Position numbers and translations under genes: made by a program
The notes under the pieces: model-generated
The model's input: only the letters and a program-made list of their open reading frames with translations
What the model was told of the DNA's origin: nothing
The model's database searches: none
Shown here: positions 12,360-27,000 of the stretch, piece by piece
How the letters are laid out: each line of letters begins with the position of its first letter
Position numbering within the stretch: the stretch's first letter is position 1
Assembly: GCA_964247055.1 (NCBI GenBank)
Contig: OZ176051.1
Location: forward strand, 13,144,001-13,208,000
Origin: Paragordius varius
Lineage: Eukaryota > Animalia > Nematomorpha
Direction: 5' to 3'
DNA length: 64,000 nt

Positions 12360-14399
12360 TTACCATGTAAGACTCCAATATAAAACAGTATAAATTTTTT
12401 TACACTCATAAACCAGATGACAAAAAAATGAAAAAATATATAAAGATGGCCTTTTCTAATATTTTTGAGTTTCGCTTTAATATATAAGTTTTTACTGAAT
12501 AAAATATGAATGTTAAGATTTTAATAGTGAGTTTAGCTAGTATCATATATATTTTTGTCTTTCAAGTGTGTTAAAAGAAAAAGCCTTCTTTACTGAATAT
12601 ATCTAACTATATGTTTTAGGCTATTTTTATATTGAATATATCTCCTAAAATTATAATAAACTATAATATTTCAAATTCATTATTTTTTGAGTTATCTTAT
12701 TATCCTTGATTTTCACTCTTTGCCCTATTTTGATTTTCTCTCAATATTTCAAAAACTAGGTCGTAACCAAATAAAAAATTTTACGGCAAAGGAATACGCT
12801 GGTCATAAGCTATTTCAGGGAAAAAAAATTATTTTTTAAAAAAAATTTCCACACATATAGAAACAAAGACACAAAAATATAAACGCAATATTTATTGTTC
12901 AAGGGCCGCTGTAACTAAGTCGATTGTAATTAAAATATATTCGAGAAAACTTTAATAAAATGATTTCAGGAGTTTAATAATTGCTATTATAATTTAAAAA
13001 TAAATAAGGGTTTTAATAATAGCATCTAAACAGATGTTTAGTTGTTTAACAATGGGAGTATTTAGATATAAACACTATTAATATTTGAGCGAGTTTGTTT
13101 AAAAATAATTTGTTTTTGGGATTTTTATTTGCTTGAGCAGTGCCAAGCACAACGGCTGTCGAAAGACGCAAAACTGTTATAATTTATTTTAGGGATTATA
13201 TATAAAGACTCAAAATTTATTAAAAAATATCGATTATTTGATGGCAAAATGGCTTAGATATGGTGCTAGATAGAGCCGTAAATTACGCACATTTCGCTAA
13301 ATTTTGGTATAAATATTATCGATATCACAAAATATAAATACAAAATATTAATAATAAAAAATAGACATAGGCTCTGTTTCATTTGATTACTCTAAAATGG
13401 ATTGGTTGATATTAACACAAAAATTTCCATATTGGAGATGATAATTTCGCTTAATGTATCTATCATTCACAAAAAACTTTCATTAATGCCTTTAAAATTC
13501 ATCGCAAAATCTAATCATAATTCATATAATTTTTCCATTTTAAAGGGTCCGAAAATTCGGTTCAAACCCCGCATCTACAAAATAAAATATAAAAGACATT
13601 GCTTTCTTTTATGTTTCCTTAAATTTAAATGATATTTTAAGACATTTGGTTTTTATATCAGGGGTATTCAAATGGATTCGTAGGCATCAACAAATATTTT
13701 ATTAAATTTTGTAGGTAAGACTCTAAAAACTAATACTTTTTTCGCCAGTATATTGCCAAAATTCGGTATAATTAATTCAGAAACAATAATTGTAAAATCA
13801 ATTTTACTTAGATTTTGCAAAAATTATAATTTAAAACTCGCGGGCTGAAGAATAGTTTCGGAAGCCGCATGCGGTCTGCCGGCCGCGTGTTACGCCTGTT
13901 TCTAGAATATATAGCAAAATGTGCGATTTTGATGTGAAAGGAATGAGCAAAAAAGTTCTAATAACTTGTTACACCCAAAATAAAACATTATAAGATTCCT
14001 GATCTCCATAATATAGATTTAACAATATATTTTAGGGTTCTGATTTTGTTAGAGTATTCTTACATATTATAAATAATATCCAAAGTTTTTATATTAAAAG
14101 CAAATAAGATATGATGATTATTTATCATAAAAATACATATTTTTTATTTGGATATTGAGAGGTAATCATTACCTTACGTCTACAGTGTTTCCAAAACCTT
14201 ATCTAAAATAGCTATCTATGGGGAAAAACCTTCTCTTTGGGTATTTATATATAGAAAATCTGAATACATCTGTAAATTAAAATAAGCTTATATTTCCAAC
14301 ACGGTCTATTAAAATATTTGACGCTAATACGGCTTATATTTATCAAATCTTACGGAAAATAGCCGTATAGTTGCGGGAAAGGGCTCGGATATCGGATTT

Positions 14400-15750
14400 A
14401 TATTCGGAACGTATAAGTGAATTAAATTACTTAATTAATATTCTAAATTGCCAAGACACAACATCTTCGAAATCTTAATTGTTGATGATATTGGCTTTAT
14501 TCTTAGGATATTACTTCCTTCTACTGAACAATTATATGTTATATTACTAACACTCCATTACCTTTTAAAGACAATTTTTCCCGTTGATTATAGGTCAACG
14601 CGCGCATCAATTAATTTAAAAGCCATGTATCAGTAAAACTTTGGGAATTTCGTACAAACACATTATTTATATGCTCTTTCATCAAACGCTTTACGACCTG
14701 ATAATTAAATGCAATTAAAATATACTGGTCATATTCTACGTGATTCTATAAAAACCAATCATTCTTGGGTTAGTAGAGGGTAGCTGCAACGAGACCGCAT
14801 TTAAAACTGGTGGCTCGATAGCATCAAATAAGTTACAAAACTTTCCCCAAATATTTCAAGCACAAGATCTGAAATGGCAAACACCTACTATAAGTACTAA
14901 TTGAAATTAGCTTCTAGCACAGATATGTTTTATTTATCAGAATATTTTTTTAATACTTCTTTACAAAATTTGGATTAGTGTTTATAATTTTAGAAACATA
15001 ATGGAAACAATATAATGGATTAAATATTTCCCATAATTCGATGCTAAAATAGAATTTTAAAAAGTTTTGTTTCCCTTAAATTTTTTTTCGATTAAATACA
15101 ATTTATATATAAATTATAAATTTAAGAACAACGAAGTATTAAGGTGTATATCTTTAGCAACATCAAATATGATAAAAAGTTAAACGATATACCAAAGTGT
15201 TATGTACCGTCAAAATAATTAAAATAACTGCTATTTATACGCTAAACATGTATTTTTATAAAGTTTCTTAACTTTTTCATCAACATTTTTTAGAGGAACA
15301 AAGAATATGCTAAGCAGGGCGCTGTTACGCAACGCTGTGATTTAGTCGACAATACATTAGTAATAAAATATTTTTGATACACTAGATATGATTTTTTGGT
15401 AAGTCTAAAAAAAGTTACGTTATTTTATAGTTAAGTATTACGCATAGAGAGTGGGATCCTATTCATGATTTATGAGATGGGCTTTTTTACGGGAAAGAGC
15501 ACTAAAATCTTTATTGAATATATTTGTCTTTTTTAAAGATACCACTCGACTAAACATTTGCCTTTGCAAGGATATATTTAATGGTAATTTACATATGGTT
15601 ACCATCTCGGACGTAAACTTTGCCTCTATACTGGGAATACCTAAAACCACTATTGCTTTGTTATAGCCTGATTTAAATTGTTTTAAACTATTTGGGACTT
15701 GTTTATTTTCAGAAAAATGGATTACGGGTCAGGAACTAAATACGAGGCAG
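14400..15750 (-). pseudogene. Highly degraded non-LTR retrotransposon 3' region (tentative)
   Basis: Minus-strand peptides LGIPSIEAKFTSEMVTICKLP and MRSRCSYP..CVCTKFP resemble the post-RT, C-terminal region of LINE ORF2; many stops. Confidence 0.35.
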
Positions 15751-16881
15751 ACTCAAAAATGTGCTTTGTAAAAAAGTAAAAAATTCCTGAATTTATATGA
15801 ATCATGGCACTTTTTATATACTTAATTTTATGGACCCTTTTATTATTCATGGATTGGTAAACGGTTTCCGGGATATAGTCTCCATAACAATTCATATTTA
15901 TAATAAATAGACATTAAATTTAATATTAATGACCGGGTAACCGAAATAATATTTTATATAAAACTATTTTTATTTTATGATTTCAGTTTTATATTTTTTA
16001 ATAAAATGAAAATATAATATTAATAAAATGTGTAGAAATTTAATCAATAATAGATGCAAAGCGTTGATACATAAAAGTATCAAATATACTAAAATAGATA
16101 AATAAAAGGTATATTGATAAAAAATATAATACGAAACTTTTTGTGTCACAGTGTTATTAAACTTATATATTATACTCCAATCATAGGGTGTACTTAATTA
16201 ATTTAGTCACAAGATAACCCCATATAAACAAGGCATTATGTAAAATCAAACTATTAAATTTTGGTTACTTGGTATGGGAAAATTATATAGTTTCATTCTT
16301 TTTACTGAGTTATCAAAACGCGTGACAGAGTAGCTAAGATCATTATCAGATATTATATATATATAGAACTTCTGAACTGTTTTGGAAACAAAAAATGCAT
16401 ACACGGTTCCGAAACCGTTAAATTAATTATCCGATATACCAAATGGTTTTAAGATGATTTCTATTTGTTTCTTTCAAAACACTCTCAATTTTTTATTTTG
16501 TTATTTAAATTATGGACTTATATTTAAGATCAATCAAATTTTTAGCATTATTGATCATTTTATGTTAATATTCTTAGTTAGTAGGCCTAATTACCTTTAT
16601 ATTCTAATATTCAAAAATAACCATAAATATCAATAGAAACGTAACGAAACCAAATATTTGGTACAAAAATATTTTGTGAAGCTAAATTTCATCCAGACCC
16701 TTTTTAAGTATATAAAACTGGATTTTGCGGTCGGAACCAAAAGCGTGCTTCAAATTTGTAAAAATAAAATGAAAAATAGTCTCTGCTTTATACATATATT
16801 TATTAATATATTGTGTTTTAATTAAATTTATTTTAAATATAATAACTAGTGTCTGCACATACATGTATTCTATGTACAAAT

Positions 16882-17899
16882 TTAATAACATATCTCTTTT
16901 ATAGGTCTATAAAATCGTTCTTTTATATATTTTCTATAAAGTTTGTTAAAGATAAAATTAATGTAAAATGAGCTAGTTATATAAACGTATTCAAGTAAAC
17001 TAAACAAGGTGTATATATTAATAATTTTTCGATGAATGCGGAAATTGGAAACAATAAAATACCAAGTACTTTCCATCATCGATAGGGGTAACAACAGCAC
17101 AATAAATTCTAATGACATTATGATTAAGGTTTTTGTGATCTCTTTATTGTTTTGCACATTTTTGCGATATATTTTATCTTGTGCACAGAGACGTCTTTCA
17201 TCAGGTTTTGTTATAATATCACCTATGTATCGTGTCTTATAAGTATTATCAGAACATCTATTAATCCTTGAAATTTTGGTACTAGTTTTCTTCGTGTTAT
17301 CTCTGTGAAATGATTTACATTGACGAATTTTATGGGATGAATATTTTATTAAAAACAATTCAATCCCAACAAGGCTAAAGAATGGAAATAAACGTAAAAA
17401 TAATTCACGACACACGGTGTATATTCGCATTTTATGTGCAAATTTCGGGTCATATACAACTTTTTGATTCCAAACATAAAGGTATTGTAAATGTTTCTGT
17501 TGAAACATGCATAGAGTGATTCGTCTTAATTCAAACCAATAATACATTGGTATGTTCCATAGGATACAATAAATAAATATAATTGATAAACAAATATACA
17601 TACGTTTTTTGGTTACCATGGATCTATACTCGAACGGGAAATAAATCACTAAGAATTGGTTTACGAAAAAGGAAACGTATAACAAGAAGCCGAAACTTAC
17701 CAAACCTTTTGATATTATGAAGTGCACGTGGCCGAGATAAAAATTCCAGCGATAATTTTTCCACAGAATGGATTTGGCTGAAGTGGCCATGTATGTTTTA
17801 ATTATGGGATAGGGGATCATTAATATAGTGTTAAACAAATTTATCAGATAGAATAAAAATAGAAGGTACTGATTAATGGGTTGTTCTTGTTTTCGCGAC
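16882..17899 (-). CDS. GPCR exon 2 (TM2-TM7 and C-terminus)
   Basis: Long open frame including LVIYFPFEYR, ILWNIP, ELFLRLFPF, LEFIVLLLP, SSFYINFIF. Confidence 0.88.
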
Positions 17900-17987
17900 C
17901 TGAAAATACAAATAATATAATACTGATTAAGCTCTTAACTATCCATATCATCAAACAATTATTAACCAAAACATTATGTCACTTTTA

Positions 17988-18021
<34 letters not shown>

Positions 18022-21000
18022 TACAAAATATAATTTAGACCTTAACTGCAAAATTGAAAATTAATTGCTATTAATTTAAATGAAAATATTAATTATTTTA
18101 AATAGATAACAAGAATGGCGCCGAATAAGTCATTGATGATGTCATTAACTACATCGACGCATAAATTGGTTTCTGCTCCATAAATCTTTGCAAAAAACAG
18201 TTTTGAACAAAATGATGAGGTTAGTTTCAGTTTTCTTGCCCCTTTCATTGATAAATTTTTTTCCGCGTATTTTTGTAATTTTTTCGAACAGAATAAATAC
18301 ACTGGGCTAAACAAATAATAAAACAGTAAAAATAACTTAAAGGAATTTTTTTGGGGTAAAACCGCTTTTGCCAATAACTCCATTTTTGTAAATATTCCGA
18401 TATTATCCTACGATATGACGACAATCATTAATATATAGCATAGATATTTTATTGAGAATGAATATAAATCTTTAAAATATAAAATTTATTGAGTTAATTA
18501 TTAAATATAATTTGATTTGCAGATTTTATAAATAAGTTATTAAAATAAATATTCTGTTGTGTTTGTACCACATGTTGTTAATTAATGTGTAGACGATCTT
18601 TTTGGTATTTTAAATAAAACTTATAATTTTGAATAGATACAAAAGCTTTTATGCTAATTTATGTTTTGAAATTATTCGGGTTTTTACAGTTTTTGATAAT
18701 ATGTTTTAACAAAACCACAAATATGGTTATTTATTGTTTTAGTATGCATTTATTTTTTATTTTTTGGTTTTTTACAAATATATTCTCATATGTGTCCCTC
18801 GAACTCTTTTTGGCAATCAAAAAGCCTGTTAATATATTGATAGATTTGAATACATCAAGTTAGCTAACCTTAGACTAGACAAATTTATATATTAGATTTG
18901 AATACATTTTTGATGACCTTTTATATTTGAGTTAGACTATGTATCAATTTTATATTTAACCTGCACACGTTATTTTACCTTGGTTTAACATGTAAATATT
19001 ATATTCACAAAAAGTATATAAACATCGCAAACTTTATATAGTTTAGTTTCTTTAATTTATCTCAATAAATATTATTGTTTTACGGTTTCTCGATTACTAC
19101 ATTTGGCGCAGTCGATCTTTTTACCACATTACATTCGCGCATGGAGAAATTAAGTCTGGAAGCATATGATCCCCCAACTAGCTTTGATGATTATATCGAT
19201 TATATAAATAGAATGTTAAAAGTGAAATTAATTCAATGAGATGACGAAACAAAAAAAACTTATTATCGGCCTAGATCGGTCTATCCCATATTCCAAAGTT
19301 GAAGAAATTCTTTTATCCCGTACTGTTAGAGGAGGTGGGCTGGGATGCTTTGGTAGCAGCTGGAAAAAAATATTTGCTCCGACATACAATGTGTTTGCAG
19401 CCAGGTTCCAGTTTACGCAACTCCGGAGGGAAGCCACGGAATCAGTGATGGATTATTTGATTCGAGTAAAGAAATGTGCTGCCCGGTGCAACTTTGGGCA
19501 AGATGCAATGCTAAGAATCAGAGATGGGTTTGTGGGAGGGTCACAACTCAAAAGATTGGAAATAGATCTGTTCACAAAAATTCCAGATGCAATGTTTGAT
19601 GGGAAACCGGTTACGTTGGAGATGGTGGTAGAAATGGCAGGCGTACGAAAAGGCGGACAGTTGTTTGATTGATAAAGATTTCGACAATAGGCAGGTTATG
19701 ATGATAAGAAAAAAGTGTGGAAAATGTGGATACGTGCATGCGATCAACTGGTGTCCCGCTTCAAACAAAGAGTGTTACCGATGCAAAGGACGAGGTCATT
19801 TGGGCAGTTGTTGCCGGCGAGGTATTATACTGAATGGTAACAATAATAATAATGAAGCCCGAACGCAACCAAGTCTGAATGGTCATTGGGTGAGGATGTT
19901 GTACGATACCGGAATTCAAATATCATTGATTGGGAAAAGCACGTGGATGGAGATTGGAAGGCCGACCTTAGCACTCGTGGGTCCAATAGTTGGGTTCAAC
20001 CATCAAGGTGTAGAGGTGATGGTACAATGCGTAGTAGATGTGAAATGGAATGGTATGGTCAAACAGTTGGAATGTATGGTTACCAGGGGGGATTGGGGTA
20101 ACATTTTTGGTTTACCGTGGATGAAAAGCTTTCAATGTAGATTTCCACAGGCTGTATGTGTAAAAAATGTTAGTTACGTGGATTTAAATAAATTTAAAGA
20201 TTTGTTTTGTGAGGGTATTGGGTGTTACAGGGGACCACCCATCAAGCTGTGTGTTAAAAAAGGGAGTATCCCAAAAGATTTGCAGCCAGGAGGGTACATA
20301 TCCCGCTTCAGTCTAAGGTGGAGAGTGAATTAAAGAGGCTTGAAAGTCTGGGTATCATAGAATCCATTAACCCCTCTCAACACGAATTGACTGGGTAACT
20401 CCGTTGGTGATAGTTAAAAAGAATGATAATAATATACGCATATGTGGTGATTTTAGAGTTACTGTTAACCCAAGTCTGGTTCCTGTCGATCATTTGATTC
20501 CTACGTTTGATCAGTTAGTGTTCGATATCGGGCAGGGAAAAGTTTTTACGACCCTAGATCTAAAAGAAGCTTACTGGCAAATGCCGTTACACCAAGATTA
20601 TCAACATTTACTCACGTTTCGTTCGCATATAGGTCTTTTTCGATTAAGGAGACTGCCATTTGGGATATCTAGTGCACCCACGATATTTCAACAGAATATG
20701 GATGAGTTATTAAAAGATTGTCCAGGTACGGCGGTATACTTAGATGATGTAATTGTTAGTGGAATAACGGTAATGGAGCATAAGGATAACTTAGAAAAGT
20801 GTTGAACAAATTAGCTGATGTGGGTTTGAAATTAAAAAAGGATAAAACCCAATTAGTTTGTTCCTCAGTGTCATACTTGGGATATATAATTTCAGACAAA
20901 GGAATTAAACCTGATAACGAAAAGGTAAAAGCAATTTTGAATTGTCCTACACCTACCAAAAACATCACTCCGGTCTCTTTTGGGAATGTAAAATTTTCAC

Positions 21001-24000
21001 GCTCGTTTTATTCCATCTTTGCATGCTACGATCGCGGATTTACATGCGCTTACAGGTTCTAAGAAATGGTGTTGGTCAACAAAAGAAGAGAGGGTTTTTG
21101 ATAAAGCTAAACTGTTGGTGAGTAGTGCATTATGTCTAATACCGTTTAACCGGAAGCTTCCGTTAGTGTTGGAAACAGACTCATCGAATGACGGATTCGG
21201 AGCAGTCTTATCACATATGACAAGTGATGGAAAACGGCCGATAGCTTTTGCGTCTCGAAAATGTGCGAAGGCAGAACAAATTTTCTCGGTGATTGAAAAA
21301 GAAGCAAGGGCAATTTTATACGCTCTGCTAGGAAAATTTAAAATGTTTGTGTATGGCAGAAAGTTCTTATTATTAACCGATCATAAACCCCTAATCAAGT
21401 TGTTTGGCTTTAAGTGAGATCTGAGTAATATTAACAATAGTAGATTAATAGATGGATACTTAGAACAGCAGATTATAATTTTAATATACAATATATTAAT
21501 GGTTCGGAAAATTTAGCGGATTGGTTATCTCGTCTTCCGTGTGAAGAACCGACTGAGGAGGTTGAGGAGCAAGCACCCAGGCAAATCAACTTATTAACAA
21601 CAGCAACTTAAACGTACAGCGAATTAAAGAAAATACATTACGGGATGAGTTTTTGATGACATTAAAAGCGGCTCTACATCATAATGATTGGTCAGCTCCA
21701 ATTTTAAATTCGATTTTGAGTATTAGAAACGAAATATAAAAATCAGGTTTGTTGTATTGGGGCGATTGTCTGTTTATTCCCAGGGCTTGCGAAATGAAAC
21801 GTTAAAATTTTTGCATGTTGGACATTCGGGGGATAATGTAATGAAAGAGTCTGCCAAGGCAAGGGTTTATTGGCTAGGTATAAACCAAAACATCGAAAGT
21901 TATGTGAGATCTTGTGTGAGTTGTCAGTTAAACCGGAGTAACATAAAAAGGAATCCCACGTACAAATGGAATTTTAATACGGGTATCTAGGAAAGGATAC
22001 ATCTTGATATTGCCGGTCCTATTGATGAGTTTTATCGGTTAGTAGCTATCGATAGTAGCTCCAGATGAGTTGAAGTCGAATTGCTAAGAACTGTTAATTC
22101 TGCAAATATATTACATTGGTTAGAAATTTGGTGTGTAAGGTACGGGTTTCCCCGAATGATAGTTACCGATAATGCATCATTTTTTGAATCGAAGTTTTAC
22201 AGATACCTTGTAACGAGCAAACATCAAACATGTCACTAGTGCCCCCTATCATCCACGAACAAATGGGCTGGTGGAACGTGTCATTTACACCTTAAAAGCA
22301 CACTATAAATCGCTAACGGATTCTAAGCTGACTCCTGACAAAAAATAAATCAAGTGTTATGGGGTTATCGTTCCGCCGTACATAGCGCCACAAATGTGTG
22401 CCCGTATAACATTTCTGAAAGGAAATATTAATACCCCCTTCTCTTGGGTTGGAAACACCCGCACAACAATTAGAGGACGACATATTACCCAATCAAGTTT
22501 TTAAACCGGACGAAGAAGTGTACATAAATAATGAAATCAATTCAGAATGGAGAAAAGGTTCAATTTTGGAGAGAACCGGGGTACTCTCGTACACGAAAAT
22601 GAAAATCGAACACTTCGCAAGCATGCGGATCAATTACAGTCGACCGGAGTCAAGAACGGCGGAGAGGAGGATGATAATTTACCAATAAACCAAACAGATG
22701 AAGGTATTACAACCAATAATGGGGAGGTAAGGGAGGAACAAAGCAAAGAAAAAGAAAAAGAAAACGAGAAAGACACCCAGGTTGAAATAAAAACGGAAAA
22801 GACAACTGAGAAATAACCTGAAAGGAGATATCCTCTTAGGGAAAGAAAAGCACCAAATCGGCCCGGATAAGGAGATATGATAGATTTGAATATATTAACT
22901 TAGCTAACTTTAGACTATACAATTTATTTATTGGATTTGAATACATTTTTGATGACCTTTTATCTTTGAGTTAGACTATTGTATCAATTTTGTATTTAAC
23001 CTGCATACGTTATTTTACCTTGGTTTAACATGTAAATATTATAACAAAAAGTATATAAACATCGCAAACTTTATATAGTATAGTTTCTGATTTTTATCTC
23101 AATAAATATTATTGTTTTACGGTTTCTCGATTTACTACATATATCTAAAAACTGACCCACACATGTACAAAAGTTACCTAAATTACACTATGATATACAT
23201 GAATTATAAACAGTGCCCACAAATAAAAATATTTGGCTAAAATATATACATTCCATATTATTATATTATGGTTTCGGGCCTTACGAGTGATAAAAATCAT
23301 TTGGTACATTTTTGAGGTAATTGCTAGATATAAAATATCGCAAAACTTGCGAATTTAATATCAAATAATTTTTTTGGTAAAAGCTAAATGTTCAATCCCA
23401 AAAAGTGATTTTATCATTCAAACGCGGGAAATACCAATTTTTTGAAAGTTTCTAAAATAATTTTTTTTTAAATAGGAAATGCCGACTTTTTTGATGTATA
23501 TATGTTAAATTAGACTGTCTCCAAAATCGGAGGTTATAAAATAACCTGAGCTTATTACCAGCATATTCATTTGCCGTATAGTGTTTGAAATATTGAGAGA
23601 AAATCGAAATTGGAAAAAAAGTGTAAATTAAGGATAATTAAGAATATTTCAAAAAATAATGATAAAAGTTGAGATATTATGGTTGATTAACATATTAGGA
23701 GATATTATCTTTATATAAATAGCCTAAAATCATATAGTTAGGGTTTTTATAAAATTTCAGCTCAAATGGCGTCTTTCTTTTAACACAATTAAAAGACAAA
23801 ATTTATTTTATGAAACTATATTAAAATAATTTTTTTAATTATTTACTAACTAATAACATTCATTTTTTTTCAGTAAAAAAAACTTATACAAAATAAAACT
23901 AAAAAATATTGTTTCTTATTTTTTTATTTCCATCTGGTTTATGGGTGTATAAAAAATTTATACTGTTTTATTTTGGAAACTTACTTAAGTGGAAGTTATA

Positions 24001-27000
24001 AAGTATATATTTAATTCTAAATAGGATTTAAAAGTAGTGGAAAATCTACCAAATATCCGTACATATCCCATAAAATATTACTTTGTGTTAAAACAAACCT
24101 GTTACAGGATTTATATGGATTGTTTGTTGATATTCCACTACTTTTAAATCCTATTTCGCATAACTTATATGCTTTATAATTCCGACTTATGTATGATTCC
24201 AAAATAAAACAGTATATTTTTGTACACTCATAAACCAGATGACAAAAAATAAAAAAAGTAAAAAACAACATTTTTAGTTTTATTTTGATATAAAAGTTTT
24301 TTTACTGAAAAAAATTTGAATGTTAAGATTTTGATAGTGAGTTAGCTAGTAAATAATCAAAAAAAATATTTTAATATATTTATGAATTTTTTTGACTTTT
24401 AAGTGTGTTAAAAGAAAAACGCCATTGATCTGCGATTTTATAGAAACCCTATTTACATAATTTAGACTATTATATATATAAAATATCTCCTATAATGATA
24501 ATCAACCATAATCAACTTTTATCATTATTTAAATTATCCTAAATCCTTAATTTTCAATTACTGCCCAATTTCGATCTCTAAATATTTCAAAAACTAGGTC
24601 GTCAACAAATTAAATTTTTTGCGGCAAATGAACTCAGTGGTCATAAGCTATCTTATGAAAAAAAATTATTGTTAAAAAAATTAATCATCGCTTTTGCACA
24701 CAATATATATATTTTTATGTATTTGGTCCCAGATTTGTGTGACTGTGACACAACTTTTTCTGGATCTAATTTTTTTATATTTTCTGATTCCTTATGCTAT
24801 TGTGATTAGATTTGTGAAAAAAAATTTTACTTACCCAAGTCGTTTTCGAGATATGGGACTTTTTTTATATTTAGACATATCCAAAATTTTCTTGTTTGTA
24901 AAAATTTTTCGCTAGGTAAACAAACAATATGTGGCTTATAATAAAAATAATATTATAGACCACCAATTTATCTTTAAAATAAAAAAAATTAAATCAAAAT
25001 ATCCAATGCTTTTTGTTCTAGGGGGCAAAAACCCTCAAAAATTGGGGAACATTTTTTGACACAAATATTTTTTATCATCTTATTAAATAAAAACAAACTT
25101 TATTTTATGTTTTTGGATGTTAATACTGTTTTTTTAAATATAAATAGCATTGTGTAATAGCTTTGTAGACTTTCATTTTTAAAAATAAATTTAATTTTTA
25201 CACCTTTTTTGCTGTTTTTTTATATAAAAAAAGCTAAATTTTGCTCAGCTGTATATACTATATTCTTTATTTCATAGGATATTTTTAAATATTTCCTATA
25301 CACTTAAATATACTCTGTATAATCTTTTTCATCAAGAATATATTATTATATAGCCAAAATGTGCAAAAAAATATAATTATCACCCAACTGCACAGTCGTA
25401 TACGACCATAGTGAAAGCTAATCTATTAGCTGACGTCAGATATTAATTGTTGCGATTGGGTACTTGGTCATGGTACTTATTTCTACCAGAACGGTCCACA
25501 AACGTCCCTCTAAGCCTAGATTTTTTTCTGTAAGATACTTTTACCCGCCAGTTATCCTAAATTTATAAATAAAAAATTACTTTGTTAGGATTACATTTTA
25601 AGGCATAAAATTTAGTATTGTTGAACACATATATGGTGAATATTAAAAAATAGCATATGAAATAAAGAATATAGTATATACAGCTAAGTAAAATTTAGCT
25701 TATTTTACATAAAAAAACAGCAAAAAAGGTGTAAAAAAATTAAATTTATTTTTAATAAGTCCACAATGCTATTATACAATGATATTTATATTTAAACAAA
25801 CAGTATTAACATCCAAAAACATAAAATCAAGTTTGTTTTTATTTAATAAGATGATAAAAAATATTTGTATCAAAAAATGTTAAGTTCCCCAATTTTTGAA
25901 GGTTTTTGCCCCCTAGAACAAAAAGTATTGAATATTTTGATTTATTTTTTTCATTTTAAAGATAAATTGGTGATCTATAATATTATTTTTATTATAAGCC
26001 ACATATTATTTGTTTACCTAGCGAAAAATATTTACAAACAAGAAAATATGTCTAAATATGGAAAAAGTTCCATATCTCGAAAACGACCTGGGTAAGTAAA
26101 ATTTTTTTTCACAAATCGATCACAATACCATAAGGAATCAGAAAATATTAAAAAATTAAGATCCAGAAAATTGACCCTAAATTTTGTTGCACATTGTTAT
26201 TATTAAAAAGTTTTTGTCAAATATGTTTACTTATTATAATTGCAGTGGTTTTCAACCTTTTTTTGTTCACGCCCCACCAAATTGAAAATTTTTTGACCCC
26301 TTTTAAAAAAATCCAAGATATAAATATATTATAATATTATAAAAATCCGAATATTTGAGATTGCTATATTTGCAATTTTTGAAATATTTTTTCCACATCG
26401 GTGACAAATCTTTATAATTTGCACATGAAAATTTTTAATTTTCTCTGGTTTTATTTTTTAATAAAATAAATTTTTCGCGCTCCTTTTAGATTTTTATACG
26501 ACCCCTTATGGGGCGTTGCCCCCTGTTGGACCCCTGATATATTGGGTTTTAAGTTTGGATTTTAATATTTAAGCATTTCGATTTAATAAAGCAACAGCAC
26601 AATTCGAATTAAAATCGAAAAAATTTTATTTTTATTGTAGAAATTTCCACTATTTGATTCAATAACTACCCTCCCCCTGGCCTAAATTTCAATTATTCAA
26701 AAATATGGACTCGTCCAATTTTTAAAGTTTATATCATAATCGGCGAATTTTTATTTCGAACTCTTTAAAAAAAGCATTATTTCTCCGTGTTCAAATTATT
26801 ATTTTGTTTCTTTGGTTAAAACTTAAATTAAGAGACAAGTCATTTTAAAATTTTTATTTAAGGCTCGCGGAGCCTAGTTTGTCCCGAAGCATATACACAA
26901 TTTTTGTATAAATGATTAGGTATATAAGATTACGTTCAATATTTTTAGAAACGTTTATTTAAATATTAATTAAATTTCTATTGTAGTTGCTAAAAATATC

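Larger units (their letters stand above)
8590..12855. mobile_element. Foldback family A copy interrupted by SINE, hAT and Helitron insertions
   Basis: Family A sequence at 8611-8797, resuming at 11412-11845 and 12360-12855. Confidence 0.8.
18838..23139 (+). mobile_element. Full-length Ty3/gypsy (Mag-like) LTR retrotransposon, decayed
   Basis: LTRs 18838-19101 and 22878-23139 (TG...CA), 5-bp TSD TATAT, PBS and PPT present, gag-PR-RT-RNaseH-IN order. Confidence 0.95.

Noticed and set aside
18093-18383. 96-aa ORF as an extra GPCR exon
   Set aside because: Exons 1 and 2 already join in frame with TM1 and TM2 correctly spaced, and there is no recognisable homology
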